Assembly: GCA_002692205.1 (NCBI GenBank)
Contig: NZJM01000015.1
Coordinates: forward strand, 1 to 47,505
Length of the DNA: 47,505 bases
Source: Legionellales bacterium
GTDB taxonomy: Bacteria; Pseudomonadota; Gammaproteobacteria; Eutrophobiales; Eutrophobiaceae
Direction of reading: 5' to 3'
A program made the translations under genes and the position numbers. A model generated the notes under the pieces. That model was given only the letters and a program-made list of their open reading frames with translations, was not told the DNA's origin and made no database searches. Positions 26,085-36,972 of the stretch are shown one piece after another; position 1 is the first letter of the stretch, and the number at the start of each line of letters is the position of its first letter.

Positions 26085-28088
26085 TTAGCATGATAGTTTT
26101 GTTATTGTTTTTTTATTTCTTGTGCCGATTAAAGGCATGCGCTCCTTAATTGGCTTAATTGGTTTTTTAAATCTCCAGTCATAGATATTTGAAAAATATA
26201 GTACACGCCGAACATATTTTCGTGTTTCGTTAAAAGGTATTAGTTCTATCCAAACATCAGGTTCTTGAGTGCATGTTTTTTTTGGGAGCCACTTTGAAAC
26301 ACGATGCGGACCAGCATTATATGCAGCAGTTGCTAAAACAATATTTTTGTCAAATTTATCTAGCATCATTTTCATGTAAGCACTACCTATAGGAATATTT
26401 GTTTTCGCTTCTCGTAGTTTACGTTTTTTAAAATTTTTAAGACCAATAATTTTAGCAACATGCTTACCTGTTCTAGGCATAACTTGCATCAGACCAAGTG
26501 CTCCAACAGGTGAACTTACATCTTCCATAAAGGCGCTTTCTGCTCTAACTATTCCAAATACCCAACTTTGCTCGATATTATTTTTTTTTGCATATTTTGT
26601 TAATAAATCCTCAAATAATATTGGAAAACGTAAAATTAAATTATCAAGTGCCCTAGCTTTACTCATCGTTATTATCGCTCTATTATGCCATTTCCATTTT
26701 ACAGCAAGTGCAGCAGCCATTTGCATTTGATAACTAGTCATTTTTTTAAGCGCATGATTCCACTCGCGTCTTGCGTTTGTATTCATTCCTAGTTGATAAA
26801 ATTCAAATGCACGCATCATCGCAGGAAGAGAAGATATACGCTTAAATTCTTCATTATCATCTGTAACTGGATAATGGTTCATGCTGTAGGGCATATTAAT
26901 TTTATCAGCAGAGAGAAATCCGTAGTAGTCACGTTCTTTTGATAATTTCAGATATATTTGTTTTGCTTTTTTAGATTCCCCTGTTTCCTCAAGTGCACGG
27001 GCATGCCAGTAAAACCATCGCAGCTCTATGTCTTTAATGGATGGTTTCCCCATTGTCCATTTCTTGAGTAAAGCCCAATCCTCATTTAGTAAGGCGGTGC
27101 GTAATCGATAATGAAATACCTCATCGTTAACATGGTAGTTATCAATTTGATCAAGTAATACCGAGGCTAGTTTACTTTTCTTTTTAGCTGCACGAATTGC
27201 AACTATTCTATCAATTTCTGCAATTTCACTAGATGAGAATGAGTATTTGGTTTTTAAGCTTTCAAGTCGTTTAACCGCTTTTTCTGGTTTACTTTTCGCC
27301 AACCTTAGTATTCCATGAGCAATAATTTCTCTCGATGTTTCATTATCAATAAGATTTGGTTTTCTTGTATTTTTATATGGATTTTTATGTATCTGTATCC
27401 ATTTACGGGCAAGTACCTTGTATTCGGGATTAAGACGTTTAGTCAAATAGGTAGCGAGACCAATTTCATTATTTTGCATTGATAGACGAAAGCGCTCCCA
27501 CACTAGTTCATTTGTCACCATATTACTCTTATATAATAATTCAAATGGTTGGTCGCATTGCGTGGGAAGTGATTTTCCCGTTAGCCAGATAGAACGGATA
27601 TCCTCTAGTAGAAATTCTTTTTTATTTAATTTCATCCTTGCGTATAGTTGATAACATTGCATTACTGGGTTTGAGTGCTTAATGTAATTATCTAGAAAAG
27701 TTTTCCAATGCCCTCTTCTTATTAATACTTTTAACCACGAATTTCTTAGCCTATTTGTAACTGGTAAATCACTGTAACGGTTTAAAAAATAAATTATATT
27801 TGAATCTTTTTCCTTCCAGACACGTTTTTTTAAATAGTTATATCGTAAGTATGGGTAGAGTGGATAATCTTTGATTGTATTAGCAATCCTTCCAAATTTT
27901 TTATATTGTTTTAGTTCGAATGCCTTTTTAGCCGATAGAAAGTCTTTTCGTTGTAGTTCTATTGTATTTGCGCTGCAGGGGATTATTGATAAATTAAAAA
28001 TAAATAGTAGTGACAGCGATATCCACCATCGCTTATTTATTTCTACGCAATGCCTAGATTTTTTTTTAAAAAGACTTATTGGTTTCAT
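26085..28088 (-). CDS. slt: Soluble lytic murein transglycosylase (Slt70-like)
   Basis: Signal peptide, a long alpha-superhelical U-domain, and a C-terminal catalytic domain with VRAESAF, GLMQVMP and AAYNAGP. Confidence 0.9.
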   Translation of the reverse strand: MKPISLFKKKSRHCVEINKRWWISLSLLFIFNLSIIPCSANTIELQRKDFLSAKKAFELKQYKKFGRIANTIKDYPLYPYLRYNYLKKRVWKEKDSNIIYFLNRYSDLPVTNRLRNSWLKVLIRRGHWKTFLDNYIKHSNPVMQCYQLYARMKLNKKEFLLEDIRSIWLTGKSLPTQCDQPFELLYKSNMVTNELVWERFRLSMQNNEIGLATYLTKRLNPEYKVLARKWIQIHKNPYKNTRKPNLIDNETSREIIAHGILRLAKSKPEKAVKRLESLKTKYSFSSSEIAEIDRIVAIRAAKKKSKLASVLLDQIDNYHVNDEVFHYRLRTALLNEDWALLKKWTMGKPSIKDIELRWFYWHARALEETGESKKAKQIYLKLSKERDYYGFLSADKINMPYSMNHYPVTDDNEEFKRISSLPAMMRAFEFYQLGMNTNARREWNHALKKMTSYQMQMAAALAVKWKWHNRAIITMSKARALDNLILRFPILFEDLLTKYAKKNNIEQSWVFGIVRAESAFMEDVSSPVGALGLMQVMPRTGKHVAKIIGLKNFKKRKLREAKTNIPIGSAYMKMMLDKFDKNIVLATAAYNAGPHRVSKWLPKKTCTQEPDVWIELIPFNETRKYVRRVLYFSNIYDWRFKKPIKPIKERMPLIGTRNKKTITKLSC

Positions 28089-28207
28089 TCTTAATGTCGC
28101 ATGTAAAATTTTAAGGATTGTGCTTATTTAGTATCGAATTAGCAACATTTTTTCACTTTTCGCTGTTAATATAGCTCGTTTGATTATAAACAATAGATAA
28201 TTTAATA

Positions 28208-29023
28208 ATGTTTACAGAAATAACCATACAGATAGTATTAATATATGCATTAACTGGTGTCTTTGCCGGCCTAATAGGTGGAATGCTGGGATTGGGTGGT
28301 GGTATTATAATTGTTCCTATTTTACATTATATTTTTGCTCAACAAGGATTTGCTCCGTCGGTTCTAATGCATCAAGCGGTTACCACATCGCTTGCTACTA
28401 TAGTAATCACCTCAGTTTTTGCTGCATACGAACACCATCGAAAAAAGGCAGTAATCTGGCCTGTTACCAATAGTATTGCTCCCGGTATTATTATAGGTGC
28501 TTTCTTGGGTGTTTTTATAGCGGGCTCGCTTCCAAGTAGTACATTACGTATTTTTTTTGGTTGTTTTGAAATTTTGGTTGCAATCCAGATATGGTTTGAC
28601 TTAAGACCTAAACCTAAAAGGGCAAAATTTACACGTACATTAAGTAAAGGAGATTTTGTTTTTAGCGGCACAATAATAGGTCTATTTTCTACAATATTAG
28701 GCGTTGGAGGAGGAACATTAACAGTACCTTTTCTATTATGGTTTAACTTTCATTTGAGAAATGCTATTGCTATATCTTCAGCATGCAGCATACCCATTGC
28801 TCTTGTCGCAACAATAACATTTATAGTAATAAGCTGGGATAATTCAAATGTTTTTGTGCATTCAGTAGGTTATTTATATTGGCCTGCTGCATTTATTATA
28901 ATGATGATGACGATTTTTTTTGCTCCGCTTGGCGCACGTTTAGCTCACTATCTACCTATTGAAATTTTGAAACGTATTTTTGCTGTTTTACTCTTGTTTA
29001 TTGGAATAAAAATGCTTATTTAG
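28208..29023 (+). CDS. TauE/SafE family (DUF81) anion exporter, sulfite-exporter-like
   Basis: 271 aa with 7-8 TM helices and the duplicated Gly-rich motifs GMLGLGGGIIIVP and LGVGGGTLTVP. Confidence 0.8.
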   Translation: MFTEITIQIVLIYALTGVFAGLIGGMLGLGGGIIIVPILHYIFAQQGFAPSVLMHQAVTTSLATIVITSVFAAYEHHRKKAVIWPVTNSIAPGIIIGAFLGVFIAGSLPSSTLRIFFGCFEILVAIQIWFDLRPKPKRAKFTRTLSKGDFVFSGTIIGLFSTILGVGGGTLTVPFLLWFNFHLRNAIAISSACSIPIALVATITFIVISWDNSNVFVHSVGYLYWPAAFIIMMMTIFFAPLGARLAHYLPIEILKRIFAVLLLFIGIKMLI

Positions 29024-30132
29024 TTTTTGTTATGAATTGACTTTTCAGCTAGTTCTTTACTTTTAGCCAGGCACTCATTTAGTTTTTCAGGCGCCCATCC
29101 CTCAGAAAATTCGGACCAACCACTAACATGCTTTAATATTAATGTTGATATTAGCTCTATATGGCTTTGCTCATCATTTAATGCCGGAATGTACCCAAAC
29201 GATTTTCCGCCAGCTTCAATAAAAAATTCATGATTTTGAATATTAATTTCTTCCAATGTTTCCAAACAATCAGCGGAAAACCCTGGACAAATAATATTGA
29301 CACTTCTGATACCATTTTTAGCTAGTGAAATAAGTGTTTTGTCTGTATACGGCTGCAACCATTCTCTTGGCCCAAATCGTGATTGAAAAGTAACCAACCA
29401 CTGATCTGCGTGTAAACTGAGTTTTTCAGCAACCAAGCGTGCTGTTTTATGACACTCACAGTGATACGGATCTCCAGCATGAAAATAATGTTTTGGTAGA
29501 CCATGAAATGAAAATAATAACTTTTCTGGTTTCTCATTATGTTTCCAATAATTTTCTATGCTATTTGCTAGCGCACTAATATATTCTGGATGATCATGGT
29601 AGTGGTTTACGATTCTAATTTCTGGTAGCCAACGCCATTTTTTTAATTCGTCTACAACTGCATCGAATGTTGAACCGGTTGTTGCAGCAGAGTATTGAGG
29701 ATAAAGAGGAAAAATAAGAAGTTTACCAATATTTTTTTCTCGAAATTTTTCTAAGGCTAATCTTATTGAAGGATTTCCATATCGCATTGCTAATTCAAAA
29801 CTGATATGGCCATATTTTTGTCTATTGAAAATTTTATTAAGTCCGACAAGTTGTTTTTTTGAGATAGATAGCAATGGAGAGCCATCATTTTTCCATATTT
29901 TTTTATATGCTTTTGCTGAGCGAGATGGACGAATACGTAAAATTATTCCGTGTAAAATGAACCACCATAATAACTTAGGAAGCTCGATTACTCGAGGATC
30001 TGACAAAAACTCAGCAAGATAACGCCTTACCGATCCTGTTGTTGGCGCGTCTGGTGTACCCAAATTTGTAATTAGAATACCAGTCATTCGAGGGGTATCA
30101 TGCTTGTATTCGCTATTGCCTTTATAATTCAT
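29020..30132 (-). CDS. hemH: Ferrochelatase
   Basis: GILITNLGTPDAP...YLAEFLSDPRVIE, PLYPQYSAATT, FSFHGLP and QSRFGPREWLQPYT. The start is set at ATG 30132; the 29-aa upstream extension in the track has no ferrochelatase counterpart. Confidence 0.92.
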   Translation of the reverse strand: MNYKGNSEYKHDTPRMTGILITNLGTPDAPTTGSVRRYLAEFLSDPRVIELPKLLWWFILHGIILRIRPSRSAKAYKKIWKNDGSPLLSISKKQLVGLNKIFNRQKYGHISFELAMRYGNPSIRLALEKFREKNIGKLLIFPLYPQYSAATTGSTFDAVVDELKKWRWLPEIRIVNHYHDHPEYISALANSIENYWKHNEKPEKLLFSFHGLPKHYFHAGDPYHCECHKTARLVAEKLSLHADQWLVTFQSRFGPREWLQPYTDKTLISLAKNGIRSVNIICPGFSADCLETLEEINIQNHEFFIEAGGKSFGYIPALNDEQSHIELISTLILKHVSGWSEFSEGWAPEKLNECLAKSKELAEKSIHNKN

Positions 30133-30239
30133 ATTACTACTTATATATGAGCAGCGTCTTTTTGTAAAAAATATTAATATGGCGTTCCATAATTTGTGCC
30201 AACATACAACAAAATTCAATTAATCAAGGGGAGTTAAGC

Positions 30240-31433
30240 ATGATTCAGCCACACGGAGCCGATAGATTAAGGCCATTATTCATAGAAAATCGCGATGAAC
30301 GTGAAACATTACTAAGAGAAGCCGCCGAACTACCTGCTCTTATTCTCAATTCAGCTGCGGCAGCGAATGCTGTAATGTTGGGTGCTGGCTATTTTACTCC
30401 ACTTGAAGGGTTTATGAATTTGTCAGATACATTATCTGTTTCTGAGCATATGCAAACCGAAGAGGGTTTATTTTGGCCAGTCCCATGCATCAATCGAGCA
30501 AATAATATTTCAGCCATAGAAGGGGCTTCAAAGATTGCATTATTAGATCCTAATATTAAGGGGAATCCTGTTTTGGCAATACAAGACATAGATAAAATTG
30601 AGAGTATTAGTGATAGTCAGCTTTCTCAAGTTACCGAGCAAATATTCGGAACACTGGACCCGCAGCATCCAGGCGTTGATACATTTAGTGGTCTTGGAAA
30701 ATATTTAATTTCAGGCCCAATAAAAGTATTAAATTTTAGTTATTTTGAAACAGATTTCACTGGTACTTTCAAGACAGCAACGGAGATCAGAAATGAAATA
30801 AAGAAAAATAACTGGGAAAGAGTTGTGGCATTCCAAACAAGGAATCCGATGCATAGAGCACACGAAGAATTATGCAAAATTGCAAAAGATGCAGTTGATG
30901 CCGATGGGGTATTGATTCATATGCTATTAGGGAAATTAAAACCAGGTGATATTCCAGCTGATATTCGTGATGCAGCAATCAGAAAAATGGTAGAGCTCTA
31001 TTTCCCAGAAAAGACAGTACTCGTGACCGGTTATGGTTTTGATATGCTTTATGCAGGACCTAAGGAGGCATTACTACATGCTATCTTTAGACAAAATGCT
31101 GGTTGCACGCATTTAATTGTTGGTCGAGATCATGCTGGTGTAGGTGATTTTTACGGGCCTTTTGAAGCGCAAACTATTTTTGAAAATAATATGATTGAAA
31201 GTGCTTTGGAGATTGATATTTTTAAAGCTGATCATACAGCCTACTCAAAAAAACTGAATAAAGTTGTAATGTTACGCGATGCACCAGATCATTCTAAAGA
31301 TGATTTTGTTATGTTATCGGGGACCAAAGTTAGAGAGATGCTAGCTGCCGGTAAAGATTTACCAATTGAATTCGCAAGACCTGAAGTCGCAAAGATACTA
31401 ATGTCTTATTATCAACAAGATAAGAACCCTTAA
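30240..31433 (+). CDS. sat: Sulfate adenylyltransferase (ATP sulfurylase), single-subunit Sat type
   Basis: 397 aa with the QTRNPMHRAHE and GRDHAGVG motifs and a PUA-like N-domain. AAGGGGAG lies upstream of the ATG. Confidence 0.92.
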   Translation: MIQPHGADRLRPLFIENRDERETLLREAAELPALILNSAAAANAVMLGAGYFTPLEGFMNLSDTLSVSEHMQTEEGLFWPVPCINRANNISAIEGASKIALLDPNIKGNPVLAIQDIDKIESISDSQLSQVTEQIFGTLDPQHPGVDTFSGLGKYLISGPIKVLNFSYFETDFTGTFKTATEIRNEIKKNNWERVVAFQTRNPMHRAHEELCKIAKDAVDADGVLIHMLLGKLKPGDIPADIRDAAIRKMVELYFPEKTVLVTGYGFDMLYAGPKEALLHAIFRQNAGCTHLIVGRDHAGVGDFYGPFEAQTIFENNMIESALEIDIFKADHTAYSKKLNKVVMLRDAPDHSKDDFVMLSGTKVREMLAAGKDLPIEFARPEVAKILMSYYQQDKNP

Positions 31434-31483
31434 TTACAGTTTCTATTTTTAAATAGAAATATCATTATTTTCATCATCAGGTA

Positions 31484-31511
31484 TTGACAAGAATATTTTT
31501 TCGATTATATT
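31484..31511 (+). promoter_or_regulatory. Sigma70-type promoter of groES-groEL (TTGACA-16 nt-TATATT)
   Basis: TTGACA at 31484-31489, a 16-nt spacer, and TATATT at 31506-31511, about 80 nt upstream of groES. Confidence 0.6.
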
Positions 31512-31537
31512 TAGCACTCCCTAATAAAGAGTGCTAA
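31511..31537. promoter_or_regulatory. CIRCE operator (HrcA binding site)
   Basis: TTAGCACTC-cctaataaa-GAGTGCTAA matches the consensus TTAGCACTC-N9-GAGTGCTAA at every position. It abuts the -10 box and covers the expected transcription start. Confidence 0.9.
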
Positions 31538-31593
31538 TAATATTATTAGTTTATTATAAATCAATAGGTTAGGAATTAAGGAGGACTACTTCA

Positions 31594-31881
31594 ATGAATA
31601 TCCGGCCATTACATGATCGCGTGATTGTGAAACGCGTGGAAGAGGAAAAAACTTCTCCAGGTGGAATCGTTATCCCTGATTCAGCTACAGAAAAACCAAT
31701 TCAAGGTGAAGTCGTTGCCGTGGGTAATGGAAAATTACTCGATAGTGGCGAGCTTCGTAAACTTGATCTAAAGAAAGGTGACAGAGTTTTATTTGGTAAA
31801 TACTCAGGAACCGAGGTTAAAGTTGGCGGTGATGAATATCTCGTAATGCGTGAAGACGACATAATGGGTGTCGTCGAATAA
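31594..31881 (+). CDS. groES: Co-chaperonin GroES
   Basis: [31 protein letters not shown]...[15 protein letters not shown]..., with AAGGAGG upstream. Confidence 0.98.
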   Translation: MNIRPLHDRVIVKRVEEEKTSPGGIVIPDSATEKPIQGEVVAVGNGKLLDSGELRKLDLKKGDRVLFGKYSGTEVKVGGDEYLVMREDDIMGVVE

Positions 31882-31908
31882 TATGATTTTAATTAATACT
31901 AAATTTAG

Positions 31909-33591
<1,683 letters not shown>

Positions 33592-33614
33592 TCGTTCTAT
33601 TTAGCTTAGCACTT

Positions 33615-33643
33615 AAAAAACCCGTCAAAAGACGGGTTTTTTT
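33615..33643. terminator. Bidirectional rho-independent terminator between convergent groEL and rho
   Basis: AAAAAA-CCCGTC-aaaa-GACGGG-TTTTTTT. The G+C stem is flanked by an A-run and a T-run, so it can terminate transcription from both directions. Confidence 0.85.
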
Positions 33644-33651
33644 CATATGAG

Positions 33652-34908
33652 TTACCTTTTCATTGCATCAAAAAACTCAGCATTATTTTTGGTTGCTTTT
33701 AATCTCTCAAGTAAAAATTCCATTGCAGCCAATTCTTCCATCGGATGTAGTAATTTGCGTAAAATCCATATTTTTTGTAAATCTTTTTCATTTGTTAATT
33801 TTTCTTCTCGGCGAGTGCCCGATCGATTTATATTTATTGCAGGGTAGATTCTTTTTTCTGCTATATTTCTATCCAGATGTAATTCCATATTTCCGGTTCC
33901 TTTGAATTCCTCATATATTACATCATCCATTCTTGAACCCGTGTCGACTAAAGCCGTAGCAATAATGGTCAGGCTTCCACCTTCCTCAATATTTCGAGCT
34001 GCACCAAAAAAGCGTTTGGGTCTTTGTAAAGCATTAGCGTCTACACCGCCTGTTAAAACCTTACCTGAAGCCGGGCTGACTGTGTTATAAGCACGCGCTA
34101 AACGTGTAATTGAATCCAACAAAATAACAACATCTTTTTTATGTTCAGTTAATCGTTTGGCTCTCTCGATTACCATTTCAGCGACTTGTACATGGCGAGT
34201 TGCAGGTTCATCAAATGTACTAGAGATTACTTCGCCCCCAACAGATCGTTCCATTTCAGTTACTTCTTCCGGGCGTTCATCTATTAGTAACACAATCAAA
34301 TGCACTTCTGGATGATTATGAGTTATTGATTGCGCAATACTTTGCAATATCATTGTTTTCCCAGCTTTTGGCGGAGAAACAATTAAGCCACGTTGTCCTT
34401 TTCCGATAGGTGATGCCAGGTCAATAATACGGGGCGTTAAATCTTCAGTACTTCCATTACCTTGTTCAAGCGTGCATCGTTCCTCGGCAAAAAGTGGAGT
34501 CAAGTTCTCAAATAAGATTTTACCTTTCGCTTTATCAGGGGTTTCAAAATTGATTTCATTAATTTTAAGTAATGCAAAATAACGTTCACCATCTTTTGGA
34601 GGCCTTATTTTTCCTGAGATATTATCTCCTGTTCTTAGATTAAAACGTCTTATTTGACTTGGCGATACATATATATCATCGGGTCCAGCTAGGTACGAAC
34701 TCCCTGCAGACCGCAAGAAACCGAAGCCATCTTGAAGAATTTCTAATACCCCATCCCCATGGATATCTTCACCTTTTTTTGCGTGGGCTTTTAATATTTC
34801 GAAGATAACATCTTGTTTGCGGGAGCGGGCTAAATTATCAAGACCAAGGTCCGATGAGAGTGATACGAGTTCTGATGCGGGTTTTTGTTTTAGTTCTGTT
34901 AGGTTCAT
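33652..34908 (-). CDS. rho: Transcription termination factor Rho
   Basis: [15 protein letters not shown]..., RNP-like FGFLR, and Walker [16 protein letters not shown]; 418 aa. Confidence 0.98.
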   Translation of the reverse strand: MNLTELKQKPASELVSLSSDLGLDNLARSRKQDVIFEILKAHAKKGEDIHGDGVLEILQDGFGFLRSAGSSYLAGPDDIYVSPSQIRRFNLRTGDNISGKIRPPKDGERYFALLKINEINFETPDKAKGKILFENLTPLFAEERCTLEQGNGSTEDLTPRIIDLASPIGKGQRGLIVSPPKAGKTMILQSIAQSITHNHPEVHLIVLLIDERPEEVTEMERSVGGEVISSTFDEPATRHVQVAEMVIERAKRLTEHKKDVVILLDSITRLARAYNTVSPASGKVLTGGVDANALQRPKRFFGAARNIEEGGSLTIIATALVDTGSRMDDVIYEEFKGTGNMELHLDRNIAEKRIYPAININRSGTRREEKLTNEKDLQKIWILRKLLHPMEELAAMEFLLERLKATKNNAEFFDAMKR

Positions 34909-35100
34909 AGGCGTTAATGTTTCATGATGAAGATTTATTTATGTTGTTTACAAACTTAGTTTGTTTAATTATTGAAATGAGTTGCTACTTATTTTTTTTA
35001 TCGGGGATTTTTTTAAGGTTGAAAAAGTATTTATAAATCTATTTCGAGTCAAGTTATCACGCGTTTAGCTATTCGTCCAGTTAAATTTTTAAGAAAATGA

Positions 35101-35427
35101 TTAAATATTATTATCAAAAAAGGTCTCTAACTGTGATTTTGTTGCAGATCCGACATTAGTGGCAGCCACTTCTCCACCTTTGAACATAATAAGTGTTGGT
35201 ATACCTCTAACACCATATGTAGCCGGAGTTTTTTGATTTTCATCAATATTAATCTTTGCGATTGTCAGTTTACCTTTGTACTGATCTGCTAATTCGTCGA
35301 GTACGGGAGCAATTGCTTTACAGGGCCCACACCACTCTGCCCAAAAATCTAGTACAACAGGCTGTTCAGATTTTAAAACCTCATTCTCAAAGCTTGAATC
35401 TGTTATGTTTAAAATATTATTACTCAT
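35101..35427 (-). CDS. trxA: Thioredoxin 1
   Basis: 108 aa, [10 protein letters not shown] active site; context rhlB / trxA-rho as in E. coli. Confidence 0.97.
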   Translation of the reverse strand: MSNNILNITDSSFENEVLKSEQPVVLDFWAEWCGPCKAIAPVLDELADQYKGKLTIAKINIDENQKTPATYGVRGIPTLIMFKGGEVAATNVGSATKSQLETFFDNNI

Positions 35428-35525
35428 TTATTTTGAGTTCCTTTCCTAGATATGTGAGGATGTAATTTGACCCAAATTATTGACCAATTGCAAGCCTGAT
35501 ATTTATAAATTTAAACAAATTAATT

Positions 35526-36776
35526 ATGAAAGCAACCGAATTTCAAAAATTCAAACTCGACGATCGATTACTTCGTGTATTGGATGAAATTAAATTCAAA
35601 CACTGTACCCCAATACAAGCCGAGTGCATACCCTTGATATTAGAGGGCCATGATATTGCGGGTCAGGCACAAACTGGCACGGGAAAAACAGCAGCATTCT
35701 TGCTGGCAACTTTTCATTATTTAATCTCAAAAAAGGAAAAAAATTGTAGAAATTTACGAGCAATTATTATTGCTCCAACTCGAGAACTTGCAATACAGAT
35801 ACATAAAGATGCTGAGATATTTAATCGCTACTGCAATTTACAACTTGGTTTAGTATATGGCGGCATTGATTATGAAAAACAACGCTCAAGTTTATCTAAG
35901 GGTGTCGATTTATTAATTGGTACGCCAGGCCGCTTGATTGATTATTTTAAACAAGGAGTATTTAATTTTAAGTACATCGAAGTAGCTGTTTTAGATGAAG
36001 CAGATCGTATGTTTGATTTAGGATTTATTAGTGATATTCGCTACATTCTTAGACGCATGTCTAAGCCTGATAAGCGATTGAACTTATTATTTTCTGCTAC
36101 GTTATCGTATCGCGTTATGGAGCTAGCGTATGAGCATATGAATAATCCAAAATTAATAAAAATTAAGCCAGAACAAGTAACAGCCGATAAGGTTAAGCAG
36201 ACCTTATATCATGTCGCAAATGACGAAAAAATACCTTTATTACTTGGGCTACTAAAAAGTATGAACACGAGGAGAACAATAGTTTTTGTTAATACCAAGC
36301 GGGTCGCTGAAAAAGTTTGGACATATCTAGAAGGTAATAAGATACATGCTGCTGTTTTATCTGGAGATGTACCTCAACATAAGAGACAGCGTTTGTTTAA
36401 TGACTTTTCAACGGGCGGTCTTAAAGTTTTAGTTGCTACAGATCTTGCGGCACGAGGTTTACATATACCCGATGTTAGTCATATATTTAATTATGATTTA
36501 CCGCAAAATGCTGAAGATTATGTACATAGAATTGGCAGAACGGCTCGCGCGGGTGCAAGTGGCGATGCTGTAAGTTTTGCATGTGAAGATTATGTATATT
36601 CGCTAACAGATATAGAATCCTATATTGGCTATCAAATTGAGACGGGTATTGTTAAAGATAGAATACTAGAAACTATAGAAGCCCCACTAAAAAAAAGGAA
36701 TTATCAAAAGTTCTCAAACTCTTCAAAAAAGAAGAAACAGTTTAAAAAAAGAAATAAGATTCCCTCAAATAATTGA
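35526..36776 (+). CDS. rhlB: ATP-dependent DEAD-box RNA helicase RhlB
   Basis: Q motif, AQTGTGKT, DEAD, SAT and HRIGRTARAG are present. It is collinear with E. coli RhlB (TFHYLIS, FSATLSYRVMELAYEHMNNP), has a basic C-terminal tail, and is divergent from trxA. Confidence 0.9.
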   Translation: MKATEFQKFKLDDRLLRVLDEIKFKHCTPIQAECIPLILEGHDIAGQAQTGTGKTAAFLLATFHYLISKKEKNCRNLRAIIIAPTRELAIQIHKDAEIFNRYCNLQLGLVYGGIDYEKQRSSLSKGVDLLIGTPGRLIDYFKQGVFNFKYIEVAVLDEADRMFDLGFISDIRYILRRMSKPDKRLNLLFSATLSYRVMELAYEHMNNPKLIKIKPEQVTADKVKQTLYHVANDEKIPLLLGLLKSMNTRRTIVFVNTKRVAEKVWTYLEGNKIHAAVLSGDVPQHKRQRLFNDFSTGGLKVLVATDLAARGLHIPDVSHIFNYDLPQNAEDYVHRIGRTARAGASGDAVSFACEDYVYSLTDIESYIGYQIETGIVKDRILETIEAPLKKRNYQKFSNSSKKKKQFKKRNKIPSNN

Positions 36777-36819
36777 AGATAATATAGTATGATGAATTCT
36801 TGTGGAGGGAGATGCAGAA

Positions 36820-36966
36820 ATGAAAAAAATCTATATGTATAACTTTTTTAAAATCGGGATGATGTTCATTGTTTTATTCATCACCTCCAGTTGTGGACAA
36901 AAAGGTCCTTTGTATTATCCAGATGATAAAAATAGTTCTTTGGTAGATTTCAAAGATATTGCTTAA
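36820..36966 (+). CDS. lptM: Small lipoprotein LptM (YifL-like)
   Basis: 48-aa ORF below the track length cutoff: MKKIYMYNFFKIGMMFIVLFITSSCGQKGPLYYPDDK... It has a lipobox followed by the conserved CGQKGPLY.P motif and sits just upstream of lysA, a usual position for this gene. Confidence 0.75.
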   Translation: MKKIYMYNFFKIGMMFIVLFITSSCGQKGPLYYPDDKNSSLVDFKDIA

Positions 36967-36972
36967 AAGCCC

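Noticed and set aside
31440-31459. The hairpin TTTCTATTT-TT-AAATAGAAA after sat, considered as a terminator.
   Set aside because: The stem is almost entirely A-T with a 2-nt loop and only an interrupted T-run. That is too weak to annotate as a terminator, though it may still contribute to sat 3'-end formation.
34909-35100. The 192-nt rho leader, searched for a leader peptide or structured RNA.
   Set aside because: I found only a plausible sigma70 promoter (TTGACT-17-TACTTT) and a 3-codon mini-ORF (ATGAAACATTAA). There is no convincing hairpin or conserved element. A long leader is expected for autoregulated rho.
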